Source of the DNA: Azolla caroliniana
Taxonomy: Eukaryota > Plantae > Polypodiophyta
Length of the DNA stretch: 64,000 nt
Direction of reading: 5' to 3'
Assembly: GCA_043228905.1 (NCBI GenBank)
Contig: JBHGNT010000020.1
Span: 1,674,001 to 1,738,000 of the forward strand
A program made the translations under genes and the position numbers. Shown here in pieces: positions 1 through 11,759 of the stretch. The stretch's first letter is position 1. Each line of letters starts with the position of its first letter. The notes below the pieces were generated by a model. It was not told the origin of the DNA. It saw nothing but the letters and a program-made list of their open reading frames with translations, and made no database searches.

Positions 1-19
1 TGGATCAAGCTACCACACA

Positions 20-297
20 CTCTGATACCATGTAAAGAATCAAGAGTGATTCTGTACAACGGAAGGACTATGTGTGTGTGTATGTGCACGTGAGACAAGA
101 GAGAGAATGAGAGACAGAGAGAACTATAACAAGAAATTGTATATTACATCCAATAGTAACTAAGTTACAAAAAGGTTGGTTTCAGTACCAACTAGGCTAG
201 GGCAAATGCCCTTTCAACTATTTACAAAACTAGCCTCGTATGTCCATGAACTAGTGTGAAACCTATCTCTATGGGAAGTTGAGTTCGACTCTCAACA
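20..297 (-). mobile_element. 5' LTR (31-297) and tRNA-iMet PBS (20-30) of a Copia element extending left out of the window; nested in the 3' region of Copia-1
   Basis: CTCTGATACCA (rc TGGTATCAGAG) directly abuts TGTAAAGAAT...CTCAACA. Same termini and PBS context as the LTR at 13668-14084, but different interior and length; no PPT at its right edge. Confidence 0.75.
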
Positions 298-423
298 ATC
301 CTGTTCGGATGATCTCCGGTGTCCGCTTCGGCTCATACCCAGTTTAGACAGTATCCGGTTCTCGCTTGTACTCCCCCTCAAGCTTGGCAAATAAGGGATC
401 GTCAATCCAAGGTCTGACATGAA

Positions 424-1890
424 TTACCGAAGCTTTTCGGCTCCTAGGGCTTTGGTGAAGATGTTGACCGTTTGAAGATTCGTGTTGATGTGTTGAAGGT
501 CGACATCTATGGCCTGAACACACTCTCGAATGAAGTGATAGTGCACTTCAATATGCTTTGTGTGTGCATGGAACACCGGGTTCCGAGCCAAATAAGTACC
601 ACTCATGTTGTCGCAGTAAAGGGGAGTCAGATCCTTGATGGGAATGCCTAGATCCTTCAAAATCCTCTTGAGCCATACGACTTTACATGTAGCTACGGTT
701 GCGCCTCTATATTCGGCCTCCGTACTCGAAAGTGCGACGGTAGTTTGCTCCTTACTACTCCAAGATATCGCATATTGCTTCGTTGCCAAGGGAGAAGACA
801 AAACCAGAGGTTGATCGTCGATCGGCTTTGTAGCAGGCTCAATCGGCATCCGTGTACCCTTCGAATCGAATTGGTGCGGCCGATGCGTAGAGAACTCCAT
901 AATCCATTGTGTTGCTCACGTATCGTAATATTCGCTTAGTGCAATTGAAATGGATATCTCGCGGAGTTTGCATGAATTGGCTAAGGAGTCCAACTGGATA
1001 GAGTCGGCTCGCACTCTTCCGTGACAGAGTCAGCATCTAATTTGAGGTTTCGATTGAGAGGAGTTGCCACAGATTTACACTCAGTCATCCCGAACAAGTT
1101 GAGGATGTAGTGCCATTGAGAGAATGCCGGTCGGAATCCGAATTACTTCGATTCAAAGGAAGTAATGAAGCTCCTTCATGTCCGTCATCTCGAATTTGCC
1201 GGCGAGGAGAGACTTGACCTTGTTGATGTCAACTAAATGCTCACCTCCAATAACTAGATCATCCACATATAGGATGATGACAATCGAGCTTCTAGAATCG
1301 TTTCGTATGTAGAGGGAGTTGTCAGATTTCGACATTCGAAAGCCGATTTGATGAAGATATTGCATTATCTTCAAATGCCAAGCACGCGGTGCTTGCTTAA
1401 GGCCGTAAAGAGGCTTCTTGAGTTGGCATACGACTTTCGGATGAATGTTGGATTCAAAGCCGAGTGGTTGTACCATGTACACCTCTTCTAATTCGCCTTG
1501 GAGAAAGGCGTTCTTTACGTCCATCTGATGGAGGTGTCACCATTTCGCCGCTACGAGTGCAATTACGGTCCGCACAGTCATCATCTTTGCCACCAGTGCA
1601 AATGTCTCTTCGTAGTCAACTCCATGTGTTTGTGCGTATCCTTTTGCTACGAGTCGAGCTTTGTAGCGGTTTATGGAGCCGTCAGCATTATACTTCACCT
1701 TGTAGATCCATCTGTAGCCGATCACCTTCTTGTGCGGTGAGTTAGGACAAGATCCCATGTCTTATTTTTGGAGAGTGCTTGCATCTCCTCATTCATCGCT
1801 TCAACCCATTTGGGGTCCTTCGCGGCTTCGGAAAACATTTCCGGCTCCCATATTGTTGCCACCTTCATCATAAAGGCGTAATGGTACGCC
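424..1890 (-). pseudogene. Copia-1 RT and RNase H fragment
   Basis: [54 protein letters not shown] across frameshifted ORFs. Confidence 0.92.
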
Positions 1891-4800
1891 ATATATGTTG
1901 GGAAATTGGTCTCTCCGGATGGGATTTGGTGATGAATAAAGAGAACCAGGTGAGAATCGGAAGAGATCCGGAAACTGAAGGAGACCTGGTGAGAACCGGA
2001 AGAGAAGACATATCTGTAAATATGTTTTGAGTAAGCCTATTGAGGCTATATTTGTAAATAGCCCTAAGTTCATATAAGTATAAATATGACTTAGGGCAAT
2101 CACTTTGAAAAGGTTGTAGTTGTCATATTGTTGTAATTGTTGTACAGAGAGAGCGACAGAGAGAGAGTGTGTGAGATACAGAGAGATACTCTATTGTAAC
2201 CGTTGGTTGGCAAAGATACAGAGCTCGAGGTCGTTGCCTACGAGTCTCTAATTGTACCTTTCTCCCATAGTGATAGTTGGAGTCCGTGGGCTCCTATGGT
2301 TTTTCCCTATTTTGGTTTTCCACATAAACATTCTGTGTATTTCCTTTGTGTACTCTCCATTTCCCATTTCTGTGTTTCATTCTCATAGAAGTGATTCAAG
2401 CCTCGGTTGTGGTCGAGCAATATACCGCACTAATCCTCGACAAACTGGTATCAGAGCGAACAACACAGGAAATGGAAGAATCGTTCGGCAGCATGTTCAA
2501 GCTCACCGGCTCCAAGTACTCAATGTGGAAGTCGAAGATGAGGGATATGTTGGTGGTTAAATATCTTTGGTTGCTGGTTCAATTCGGGAACAAGAGACCA
2601 GATAAGATCGACACCACAATGTGGGAGGTTATGCACATGAAGACGACGGCATACATCTGGTGCTTCATCGACATGAACTTGTACAACAACTTCAATGAAG
2701 AGAGCAAGGCTCATGAACTCTGGGAGAAGATCGGCATCATGTTCTAGAACAAGAATGTCGTTAATCAGGTTTCATTATTCCGGAAGCTAGTGAGGCTCCG
2801 GTACCAGGACGGCTCCAACATGGCGTAGCTCATGAATGCCTTCCAGGGGCTGATACATCAAGAAACCTCATTGGAAGTACCTCTCGCCGATGAGGTACTA
2901 GCATTACTCCTACTCGGTTCCCTCCCGAATAGCTAGGAGGCGTTAGTTGTCACGTTGGGCAACACCGGGCCGGAAGGAAAACAGTTGTCCCTAGCAACGG
3001 TAAAATCAAGCATGTTAGATGAAGAAGCTCGTCGAAAGGACCGGGAGTCCAGAACCGATCCGAAGGCCTTGGTCACGGAAGATGACCACAAGCGGGGAAG
3101 AGGCCAGTATTGGAGTTCCCAAAACCGGGAAAAATCGGGGACGAGGTTGAAGTCAAGGGGGAGTCCCACATTCTTCTATTGTGGGAAGCTGGGACACTTC
3201 TGAAAGAACTACTGGTATTTCCGAAAGGAGAAAGAAATCGGCATTACCAATTCGAAGAAGAGTTCGGACCGAAACAATTCGGACCGAAGAGGCCCGGATC
3301 GAAAAGGAACGTCGGCAATCGCGACAAGCGAAGAAGAACTGATGCTCATTACCGAAGAGAATGAGCTAAACCTTGTCGGCAACGAGACAACATGGGTTGT
3401 CGATTCCGGAGCGTCATTCCACCTAACACCGTATCGGAAATGCTTCTCATCCTACACAGTCAATGATCATGGTTGTGTCTGGATGGGGAATGAAGGCACA
3501 TGCCGAATTATCAGCATAGGAGATGTGTTGTTGGCGACATCAACCGGATGCAAATTGTTGTTGAAGGATGTCTAACACATTCCGGAGGTTCGACTGAACC
3601 TGATATCAACCGATCGGCTAGATGATGAAGGCTACACGGGTAGCATCCAGAACGGTGTTATGAAATTCGGCAAGGGAAGCTTGATAGTGGCTCGAACCCG
3701 GAAGATCAACACATTGTACTTGATGAATGCCCCGATATGGTGGGAAGAAGTGAATGTAGCAACCGACACTGCCTGTGAGCTGTGGCACAAAAGACTATGT
3801 CACATGAGTGAGAAGGGGATGAAGAGGCTTGCCGAAGACAACCTCATTCTGGTGAAGGATGTGCAACTTGAGAAGTGCACCAATTGCTTGGCCGGCAAGC
3901 AAAACCAAACCTCCTTCCGGTCAAGACCACCGATGAGACGGAATGCACCACTGGAGCTTGTGCATACCGATGTGTGCCAAGTGGACACGAAGTCACATGC
4001 CGGATCGCAATACTTCGTGACGTTCATAGATGACCACATCCGGAAGTTGTGGATCTCACCATTGAAGACGAAGGATCATGTGCTATCCGTCTTCAAGGAG
4101 GTACACGAGAGAGTGGAAAGAGAAACCGGTCGGAAGCTGAAGGCAGTTCGAGCAGATAACGGAGGAGAATATCGGGGGCAGTTCGAGGAGTACTGTCGGT
4201 CGAAGGGAATCTGGCTTGAGTTTACTCTGCCGAAGATGCCGGAACTAAACGGGTTGGCCAAAAGGATGAACCGGTCCATAATAGAGAGAGTCTAGAGCAT
4301 GCTAGCACATGCAAAGTTACCCAAGACGTGGCGACCTATGTGATAAATAGATCACCCTCAACACCCTTGGAAGGAGACTCACCTCAAAAAGTATGGACTG
4401 GTAAAGATGTATCTTACCGGCATCTGAAGGTGTTCGGGTGTCATGCATATGTGCATGTCGCAAAGGACAAGAGAGCAAAGATGGATCCGAAATCCAGGCC
4501 ATGCATATTCCTTGGATATGGCGATGATGACTTCGGTTACCGAGTGTGGGATCTGGTTGATAAGAAGGTGTTCCGGAGTCGGGACATAGTCTTCATGGAA
4601 GACAGGACTATTGCCGACTGGGAGTCGGAGAAGGTGATGAACTCCGGATCATTCATTGAAAACTGGCTTGAGGACAGAAGGACTTACCCGGTTGAAAACC
4701 GGACGCTAGCCGGTAACCGAATGACACTCGACGAACTGGCCGGATACGGACAAGAAACCGAACCGACCGAAAAAGAAGAAGAAGAAGAAGAAGAAGACAC

Positions 4801-6259
4801 CGGAACCGGACAAGATCCCGAATCAGATTTGGATGGGGAACAAACGGAGGAAGCGGCAGTCAGAAACCAAGAACGGAGATATCCTCTCCAAGAGAGAAGA
4901 GCCCCTCGGAGATTTCCAGATGCGGAGCATGTGTTGCTAACCGATGAGGGGGAGCTAGAAAGCTTCGAAGAAGCAAAGAAGGACACCCACAGCCACAAGT
5001 GGTTGAGTGCCATGCAGGATGAGATGGATTCCCTACATGAGAACCACACATATGAACTGACGGAGTTGCCGAAAGGGAAGAGAGCACTCCAGAACAAGTG
5101 GGTGTACAAGTTGAAACCGGGAGATGCCGGAAATCCACCCATGTATAAGGCCTGAATCGTGGTGAAGGACTTCCTGCAAAAGAAAGGAGTGGATTTCGAT
5201 GAGATCTTTGCCCCAGTAGTAAAGATGACATCCATCCAGACGGTATTGGGCATAGCGGCAAGCATGGACCTCAAGGTAGAGCAACTGGATGTCAAGATGG
5301 CATTCCTACATGGCGACCTCGAAGAAGATATCTACATGCATCAACCGGAAGGATTTGAAAGGAAAGGGAAGGATCACTTGGTGTGCCGGCTGAAGAAGAG
5401 CCTATACGGACTGAAGCAAGCTCCCTGGCAATGGTACCGGAAGTTCGACTCCTTCATGACCGACCAAGGGTACCACAAGATGCAAGCCGATCACTGCATG
5501 TTTGTGAAGAAATTTGATGGAGGAGATTTCCTGATACTCCTCCTGTATGTGGATGATATGTTGATCGTTGGACGAGACCAAGGCAAGATTCAGATGTTGA
5601 AGAAGGCTTTGAACCGGGCCTTCTCAATGAAAGACTTGGGGCCGGCAAGACAGATATTGGGAATGCACATCAATTGGGACCGGTCGAAGAAGCTATTGTG
5701 GTTGTCATAGGAGAAGTATGTGACAAAGGTGCTTCAACGGTTCAACATGTCGGAGGCTAAACCGGTCGGATCGACACTTCCGGCAAATTGCAAGCGATCC
5801 AGAAAACAAATCCCGAGGACAAAGGCGGAGAAGACAGATATGATGAAGATAGCATATGCCTCTGCCGTCGGGAGCTTGACGTTGTCGTGAAGATTTTCGG
5901 CAATAGTGTGAAAATCCCATAAAACGTACGAAATCGAGTATGAATCACATAATACAATAATTGTGAAGATAACATTTTTAATATCTAAGTACAAAATGAT
6001 GGAGGTTTTGAATGCACTTTATTACACGAGAAATGGACAACTAAATGTCAAGATATGAGGGTATAAAGTTTGTGAAAAGAAAAGAGAAAATTGTGAGATA
6101 TCCCACATAGGCATGACAAATACGGCTCTCATCATATATAAGGTGGAGCAAAAGATATTATCTTTGTGTCTATGTGTGGAGCATAGAGAGTTCAAGGTAA
6201 CTTGAACTAAGAGTGGAGGTGGGCTAGCTACTCGTAAAGGGTTTTGGCCAACCAAAACC

Positions 6260-6418
6260 GGACCGGCGATGGAGACGGTGAACCGACGGCATCCAGCGAG
6301 GCACCGGTAACCGACGGCATCCGGCGACATCACCGGCATCCGGCAAGGCACCGGTAACCGACGGCATTCGGCGACGGCACCAGTAACCGACGGCATCCGG
6401 TGACGACATCCGGCGACT
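6260..6418. repeat. GC-rich imperfect tandem repeats (CACCGGTAACCGACGGCATCCGGCGA variants) inside element copy 1
   Basis: Recurrent CCGACGGCAT and CACCGGTAA motifs. Confidence 0.75.
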
Positions 6419-6463
6419 ATATAAATAAATATATAAATATATATACAAATATACATATACAAG

Positions 6464-6535
6464 GAGGGGAAGTAAGGATTCGAACCTTGCACCTCCGAGT
6501 TATGAGTCAATTGGCTTACCATTAAGCCATGCTAT
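6464..6535 (-). ncRNA. tRNA-derived (Met CAT-like) Pol III module, not a functional tRNA
   Basis: rc: AGCATGGCTTAATGGTAAGCCAATTGACTCATAACTCGGAGGTGCAAGGTTCGAATCCTTAC. A box TGGCTTAATGG, D stem GCTT/AAGC, loop CTCATAA, B box GGTTCGAATCC; acceptor stem unpaired. Confidence 0.7.
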
Positions 6536-8203
6536 TTAGTTGAAATTATATTTCTATCATTGTACTTTTACATGTAAATTCTCATACGTGAGAGCTAAAA
6601 TGAGTGACATAGTTATCATGCACCACATGTAATACATAAGCGCCAAATGGCAAACATGCAATTTATGCATGTCTTGTAACCTCACATGCATCATATGCAT
6701 GAGAGCATCTATAAAAGAAGGAAGGGGGAGGAGAAAAAACACGGTTTTTCTTATGAAAATTAAGAGGAAGAAATTCGTTATCAAATTGATCATGTAACTT
6801 GTTTCTTAAATCTAAAGTTAAAAGTTCAATCAATCTCTCTCAATCGTGTAATCTCAACTTCTCTCTTTCCCAATCTATCTTAAGTACTTTCTCGCTAAAG
6901 CTTGCGCCAAAGCTTGTACCGACTTTGAATCCTTCCGGTCCAGAACCCCGGCGGTTCCGCCTCACGATCCGCGCGTAGTGACGAATCTTCACGACAACGT
7001 ACGCAATGGTATCTACCCGGCCGGATATCGGATATGTAGTCGAAGTGGTGAGCCAGTTCATGAGCAATCCTGGAAGAGAGCACTGGAACATGGTCAAGTG
7101 GATACTCCGGTATCTGAAAGGCACCTCGAGTATGTGCCTCCGGTTTGGCTCCGGAAAACCCCAACTCGATGGTTTCACATATTCAGATATGTCGGCTAAT
7201 GCAGATACTAGCTTGTCGACATCCGGATATGTCATGACTTTTGCAGGGGGAGTTGTTTCGTGGCAGTCGAGGATGAAGAAGACGGTTGCATTGTCAACCA
7301 CGAAGGCGGAGTACATGGTAGTTGTAGAAGCCAGCAAGGAGATAATCTGGATGAAGGACTTCATCGAAGAGCTAGGGATCCAACAGGAGGAATACTGGCT
7401 CTACTACGACAGTCAAAGTGCCATCCACCTTACAAAGAACGCGGCCAACCATTCCCGGACGAAACATATCCAACGGAGGTACCACTGGATCCGGGAGAGA
7501 GTAGAAGATCAAGAGTTCTTGCTGACGAAGATCGACATGGAGGAGAACGGGTCGAACATGCTTACCAAGGTCCTGACAACCGACAAGCTGGACACGTGTC
7601 GAAAGCGGATCAGGCTGACAAGATATCCCATGCCAGAGTGAAGGGGGAGATTGTTGGGATATCAGTCTCTCTAGATGGGATCCGGTGATAAATAAAGAGG
7701 ACCCGGTGAGAACCGGAAGAGATCCGGAAACCGGAGGAGACCTAGTGAGAACCGGAAGAGAAGACATATCTGTAAATATGTTTTGAGTAAACCTATTGAG
7801 GCTATATTTGTAAATAGCCCTAAGTTCATATAAGTATAAATATGACTTAGGGCAATCACTTTGAAAAGGTTGTAGTTGTCATACTGTTGTAACTGTTGTA
7901 CAGAGAGAGCGTCAGAGAGAGAGTGTGTGAGATACAGAGAGATACTCTATTGTAACCGTCGATTGGCGAAGATACAGAGCTCGAGGTCGTTGCCTACGAT
8001 CCTCTGATTGTACATTTCTCCCATAGTGATAGTTGGAGTCTGTGGGCTCCCATGGTTTTTCCCTATTTCGGTTTTCCACATAAACATTCTGTGTATTTCC
8101 TTTGTGTACTCTCCATTTCCCATTTCTGTGTTTCATTCTCATAGAAGTGATTCAAGACTCGGTTGTAGCCGAGCAATATTCCACGCTAATCCTTGACAAT
8201 ATA

Positions 8204-9266
8204 TTCATCATAGCCGAATCGGCTTACCGGGTTCTTTTCTCGGGTGGATCGGCGTAGTTTCTCATTCGTAGAGACTAATGCTTTCTTCTCTCCATTGATC
8301 CGGATGTCGAGGCCTTCGAACTCACTATCGAAGGATTGAGTCGATTCATTGCCATCGAAGTGATCATCTTCATATTCTGGCATTTTCTCCTTACCTTTCT
8401 CCATCTTTAGACTAGGCCGAGATGTGCTTTGGTCGCTCAAGGGCTCTTGTGGCCCATTGAGCCTTGTCGTAATCAGGCTTTCTTCGAACATATGTTCAAG
8501 TCGATCTTCGACTTCTATCTCTATTTCGGCGGATTCCGGGTCGAGCGGAATCGGAGTCGAAGTTGTCTCTAGTCCGTACCAAGATGCGAACTCATCGAAA
8601 ACGACGTCTCTACATACTCGAGCTTTTCGAGTCGAGGGGTTATAGCACTTGTACCCCTTTTGCTCCAGTGAGTATCCCAGGAGGATACATTTCTCTGACT
8701 TCGGGTCAAGCTTTTGTCGCGTCTCGTCGGGGATGTGCACATATGCAATGGAGCCAAATATCTGAACATGTGATAGGTCGGGCTTCTTTCCGAAAAACTT
8801 CTCATGCGGGGTAACCTCATGCACGCCGGATATTGTACTCTGATTCATTAGGTAGACGGTTTTGTTCGCGGCTTCTGCCCAGTACGACTTTGGTAGGTGC
8901 TTTTCATTCATCATGACCCATGCTACTTCGAGGATGTGCCGATTCTTTCGTTCGGCTACTCTGTTCTGTTGTGGCGTATATTGACACAAAAACTCTTGTT
9001 GAATTCCTTCTTTCCGGAGAAACGCCGAAAATGTGTCGGAGAAGTATTCTTTTCCTCCATCCGACCGAAGACATTGTACATGTCGGCCCATTTCCTTTTC
9101 GACTCCGCTCTTGAATTTTTGGAAGTGTCTGAACACTTCGCTCTTTTGTTGCATGGGGTAGATCCAGGTGTGCCTAGAAAAGTCGTCAATGAAGGCCATG
9201 TAGTCTCAACATCCGCCGAATGTTGTCATTTGACCCATACATCAGAATGAATTACGTCGAGTACGC
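8204..9266 (-). pseudogene. Copia-1 integrase and INT-RT linker
   Basis: VIHSDVW, FIDDFSRHTW, LRSDGGKEY, PQQNRVAERKNRH, KLDPKSEKC. Confidence 0.92.
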
Positions 9267-10393
9267 TATCATGAAAAATCCGTCACTACATGCGGATCGT
9301 GAGGCGGAACCGTCGGGATCCTGGATCAGAAGGATTTGAAGTTTGCACTAGCTTTAGCGAGAAAGGATTTAAGAGAGATTGAGAGAGATTGATATGGAGA
9401 GAGAGAGAGAGAGAGAGAGAGATTGAGATTAAACCCTTGACTTTAGATTTCAGAGACAAGATACATCACCATTAGGATAACTTGTTTTCTTTTTTTATTA
9501 ATTTCTTTCCCAATTTCTTCATTAGTCCTATCTTGCTTAACCCCCATTCTTCTATAGATCCCCCCATGCATATGATGCATGGGAGGGTGCAAGACATGCA
9601 CATAATGCATGAAATGCCTAAGATGCATGTTTGCCATGTCATTTATCCAAGCTCTCATGTATAAGATTTTACATATTAAAAGTATAATGATAAAAAGATT
9701 ACTTTAAAGTCATGACTTAGCTTAGTGGTAATTCATTTGTCTCTTATCTAAGAGGTGCAAGGTTCAATTCTTACTTACACCCATAAACACAAAACTTTAC
9801 AAAGCTTTAGTCTTGTATTTACAAATGTTTAACTGCATATTACACCTTCAGTTGACCTCCAATGAACCAATGGAACAATTAGACAATTTTGTTCGTTTCA
9901 CACAAAAAAATCTTCAAGACACCATGCGTCGCGATCAACCTATTCGACCGACCCGACCAATCTGATCCGCATCTGCATCCGATCCGGTCCGTTCCGGTTC
10001 TGGTTCCGTCACCGTCCGTCTGTTCCGGTTCTCCAAAAACCATTATGAGTAGTTAAGCCACATCCATTCATACAAATAGTTTAGCCCAAGTCACCTTGAA
10101 CATTTTGTGCTCCACACATAGACAAAAAATAATAAGTTCTGGCTCTGATTATATAATGTGGGATCTTGATTTGTCCTATCTATGTGGGATATCTCACAAT
10201 TTTGTTTTTCTCTTCTTCTTCTCAAACTTCACACACACATAACTTGATATTTAGTTGTCCGTTTCAAATGTAGTAAAGTGCATTTGGAAGCTCTTCAAGA
10301 CATCCATCTTTTCGTACCAAGATATTAAACTAATATAAAATAGTATCTTCACTATTATTGTTCCATATTGTGTGTGACGAACACACTTGATTT
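9267..10393 (-). mobile_element. Non-coding TG...CA element copy 2 (inverted, diverged, one end lost)
   Basis: 9267-9360 is the reverse complement of 6900-6996 (TATCATGA from TGTCGTGA); interior collinear with copy 1; flank ACGC; the other end is replaced by telomeric repeats. Confidence 0.82.
9712..9780 (+). ncRNA. Degenerate tRNA-derived module homologous to 6464-6535
   Basis: TAGCTTAGTGGTAA...GAGGTGCAAGGTTCAATTCTTAC, with A and B box remnants at the homologous position. Confidence 0.55.
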
Positions 10394-10413
10394 AACCCTA
10401 AACCCTAAACCCT
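10394..10413. repeat. Interstitial plant telomeric repeat (CCCTAAA), about 3 units
   Basis: AACCCTAAACCCTAAACCCT exactly at the element/Copia-1 junction. Confidence 0.8.
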
Positions 10414-11759
10414 GTGCCGATGTTGCTTGCCGAATTGGTAAGCGGCACACACGCCTTCAATCTCTTTCTCTTTGAATGTCGGGAGCCCGATGATGACTTC
10501 TTTCGATTGCATCACCTTAAGCTTTTGAAAGTTGATATGGTCAATCCGCTTGTGCCATAACTCTATGTCAGAGTCGGCTTTCATGCCTTTTGCGAACATG
10601 AACGATTTCATCTCATGCGAGTCGAGAATGAACATTTGGCCCTCTCTTCGTCCGCAAGTGATGAGTCGGCCCTCTTTTTTGATTAAATCGTACTCGCATC
10701 CATTGCTCAACAATTTGGTTGACGGAAACCAAATTCTTCGTAATGGTTGGTACATGCAAGACATTCTTAATAAAAGTTTGGTTACCTTCTTTGCCAAATG
10801 GGACATTGCCGATATGTCGAATTGGATGCGTAGTGTCATCTCCGGTTTCTTCAACTTTCGACATAGCCGAGTCGGTCCGACTCTCGAAGTTCTTGGAACC
10901 ATTATTGATGAGATGTCATATGGTTCAAGGCACCGTAGTCGACGAACCATACTTCTTCCAGGCTAGATGCACTATTCAAAGAAGAAACCGACATAGAATT
11001 TGCTCTCTGTCTCCTCACGATCATTATAGTCGGAGTTGGTGGCGTAATTGGTGAGTTGTCTGCTAGTGGAAGCCGACTCATGCATCTTCTTATGGCACTC
11101 TTCTTCGTGGTGGACAATTTTGCTGCAATATCCGCATTCAATCGAGTTTTCTCGGCTCGGACTGGAATGGAAGCTCCCCCTTCTTCCGAAGGTTCTTTTT
11201 GCCGAAATTGCGAGTTTTTTTGTAAGTCGGGCCTCGTCTGCCTCGTCCTTGGCCGAATCGGCCTCTTGCTAGCCGCGTCCTCTTCCTCCATTCGAATGCG
11301 TGTAGAGCATGTGGCCTTCAAAGGCATTGCTCCTTGTTCGAACATGGTTTTCTTCAACCAACAACATGGATTGAAGATCGAAGAAAGAGGGAGGATTCTC
11401 CCGTGCTAGTACGGCGATCCTCATTGCGCCAAACCGTGGTGCAAGGCCACCGAGCCATATTTGCACCATTTCGTCATCCTCCACGTTGACACTTATCGAG
11501 CCGAGTGCATCACAAAGCTCCTTGATCTTCAAGGTGTAGCTTGTGATGGACATATCCCTTCGTTGGATATTATTTAACTCTTGGCGGAGTTAAAGCTTTC
11601 TCGCGATTGTGTTGGCGGTGAAAATATTTCATAGATTCTCCCACGCTCCCTTCGGTGTCTCGGCGTCTCGAATGTAGTTGAGCATGTGGTTGTGAACACA
11701 TGTTGCCAAGCAAAACATTACTCGACTCATCGCTTACTCCCATGTTGAGTAGTCGGCGT

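Larger units (their letters stand above)
5883..6996 (+). mobile_element. Non-coding TG...CA element copy 1 (solo LTR or non-autonomous Ginger-like DNA element)
   Basis: Perfect 13-bp terminal inverted repeat TGTCGTGAAGATT; 4-bp TSD ACGT (5879-5882 and 6997-7000); removing it restores Copia-2 RT GSL-T-YAMVSTRPD; TATA-like CTATAAAAG near 6709. Confidence 0.88.
2472..7641 (+). pseudogene. Copia-2 gag-pol with multiple stops and frameshifts, split by the insertion at 5883-6996
   Basis: WVVDSGAS (PR), LWHKRLCH, LVHTDVC/RADNGGEY (INT), QLDVKMAFLHG, LYVDDML (RT), SRTKHIQRRYHWIRE (RH). Confidence 0.93.
1896..8198 (+). mobile_element. Complete but decayed Tnt1/Tork-like Copia 'Copia-2'
   Basis: LTRs 1896-2442 and 7652-8198 (547 bp, TG...CA); TSD ATATA at 1891-1895 and 8199-8203; PBS TGGTATCAGAGC 2446-2457; PPT GAAGGGGGAGA 7640-7650. 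Confidence 0.96.

Noticed and set aside
1-424. Tandem Copia array sharing one LTR (LTR 31-297 as the 3' LTR of Copia-1)
   Set aside because: This LTR differs from the Copia-1 5' LTR in length and interior, and has no adjacent PPT. A nested insertion of a relative is simpler; finding ATCCT at that element's far end would confirm it.
6464-6535. Functional tRNA-Met gene
   Set aside because: The acceptor and anticodon stems do not pair; kept only as a tRNA-derived module.
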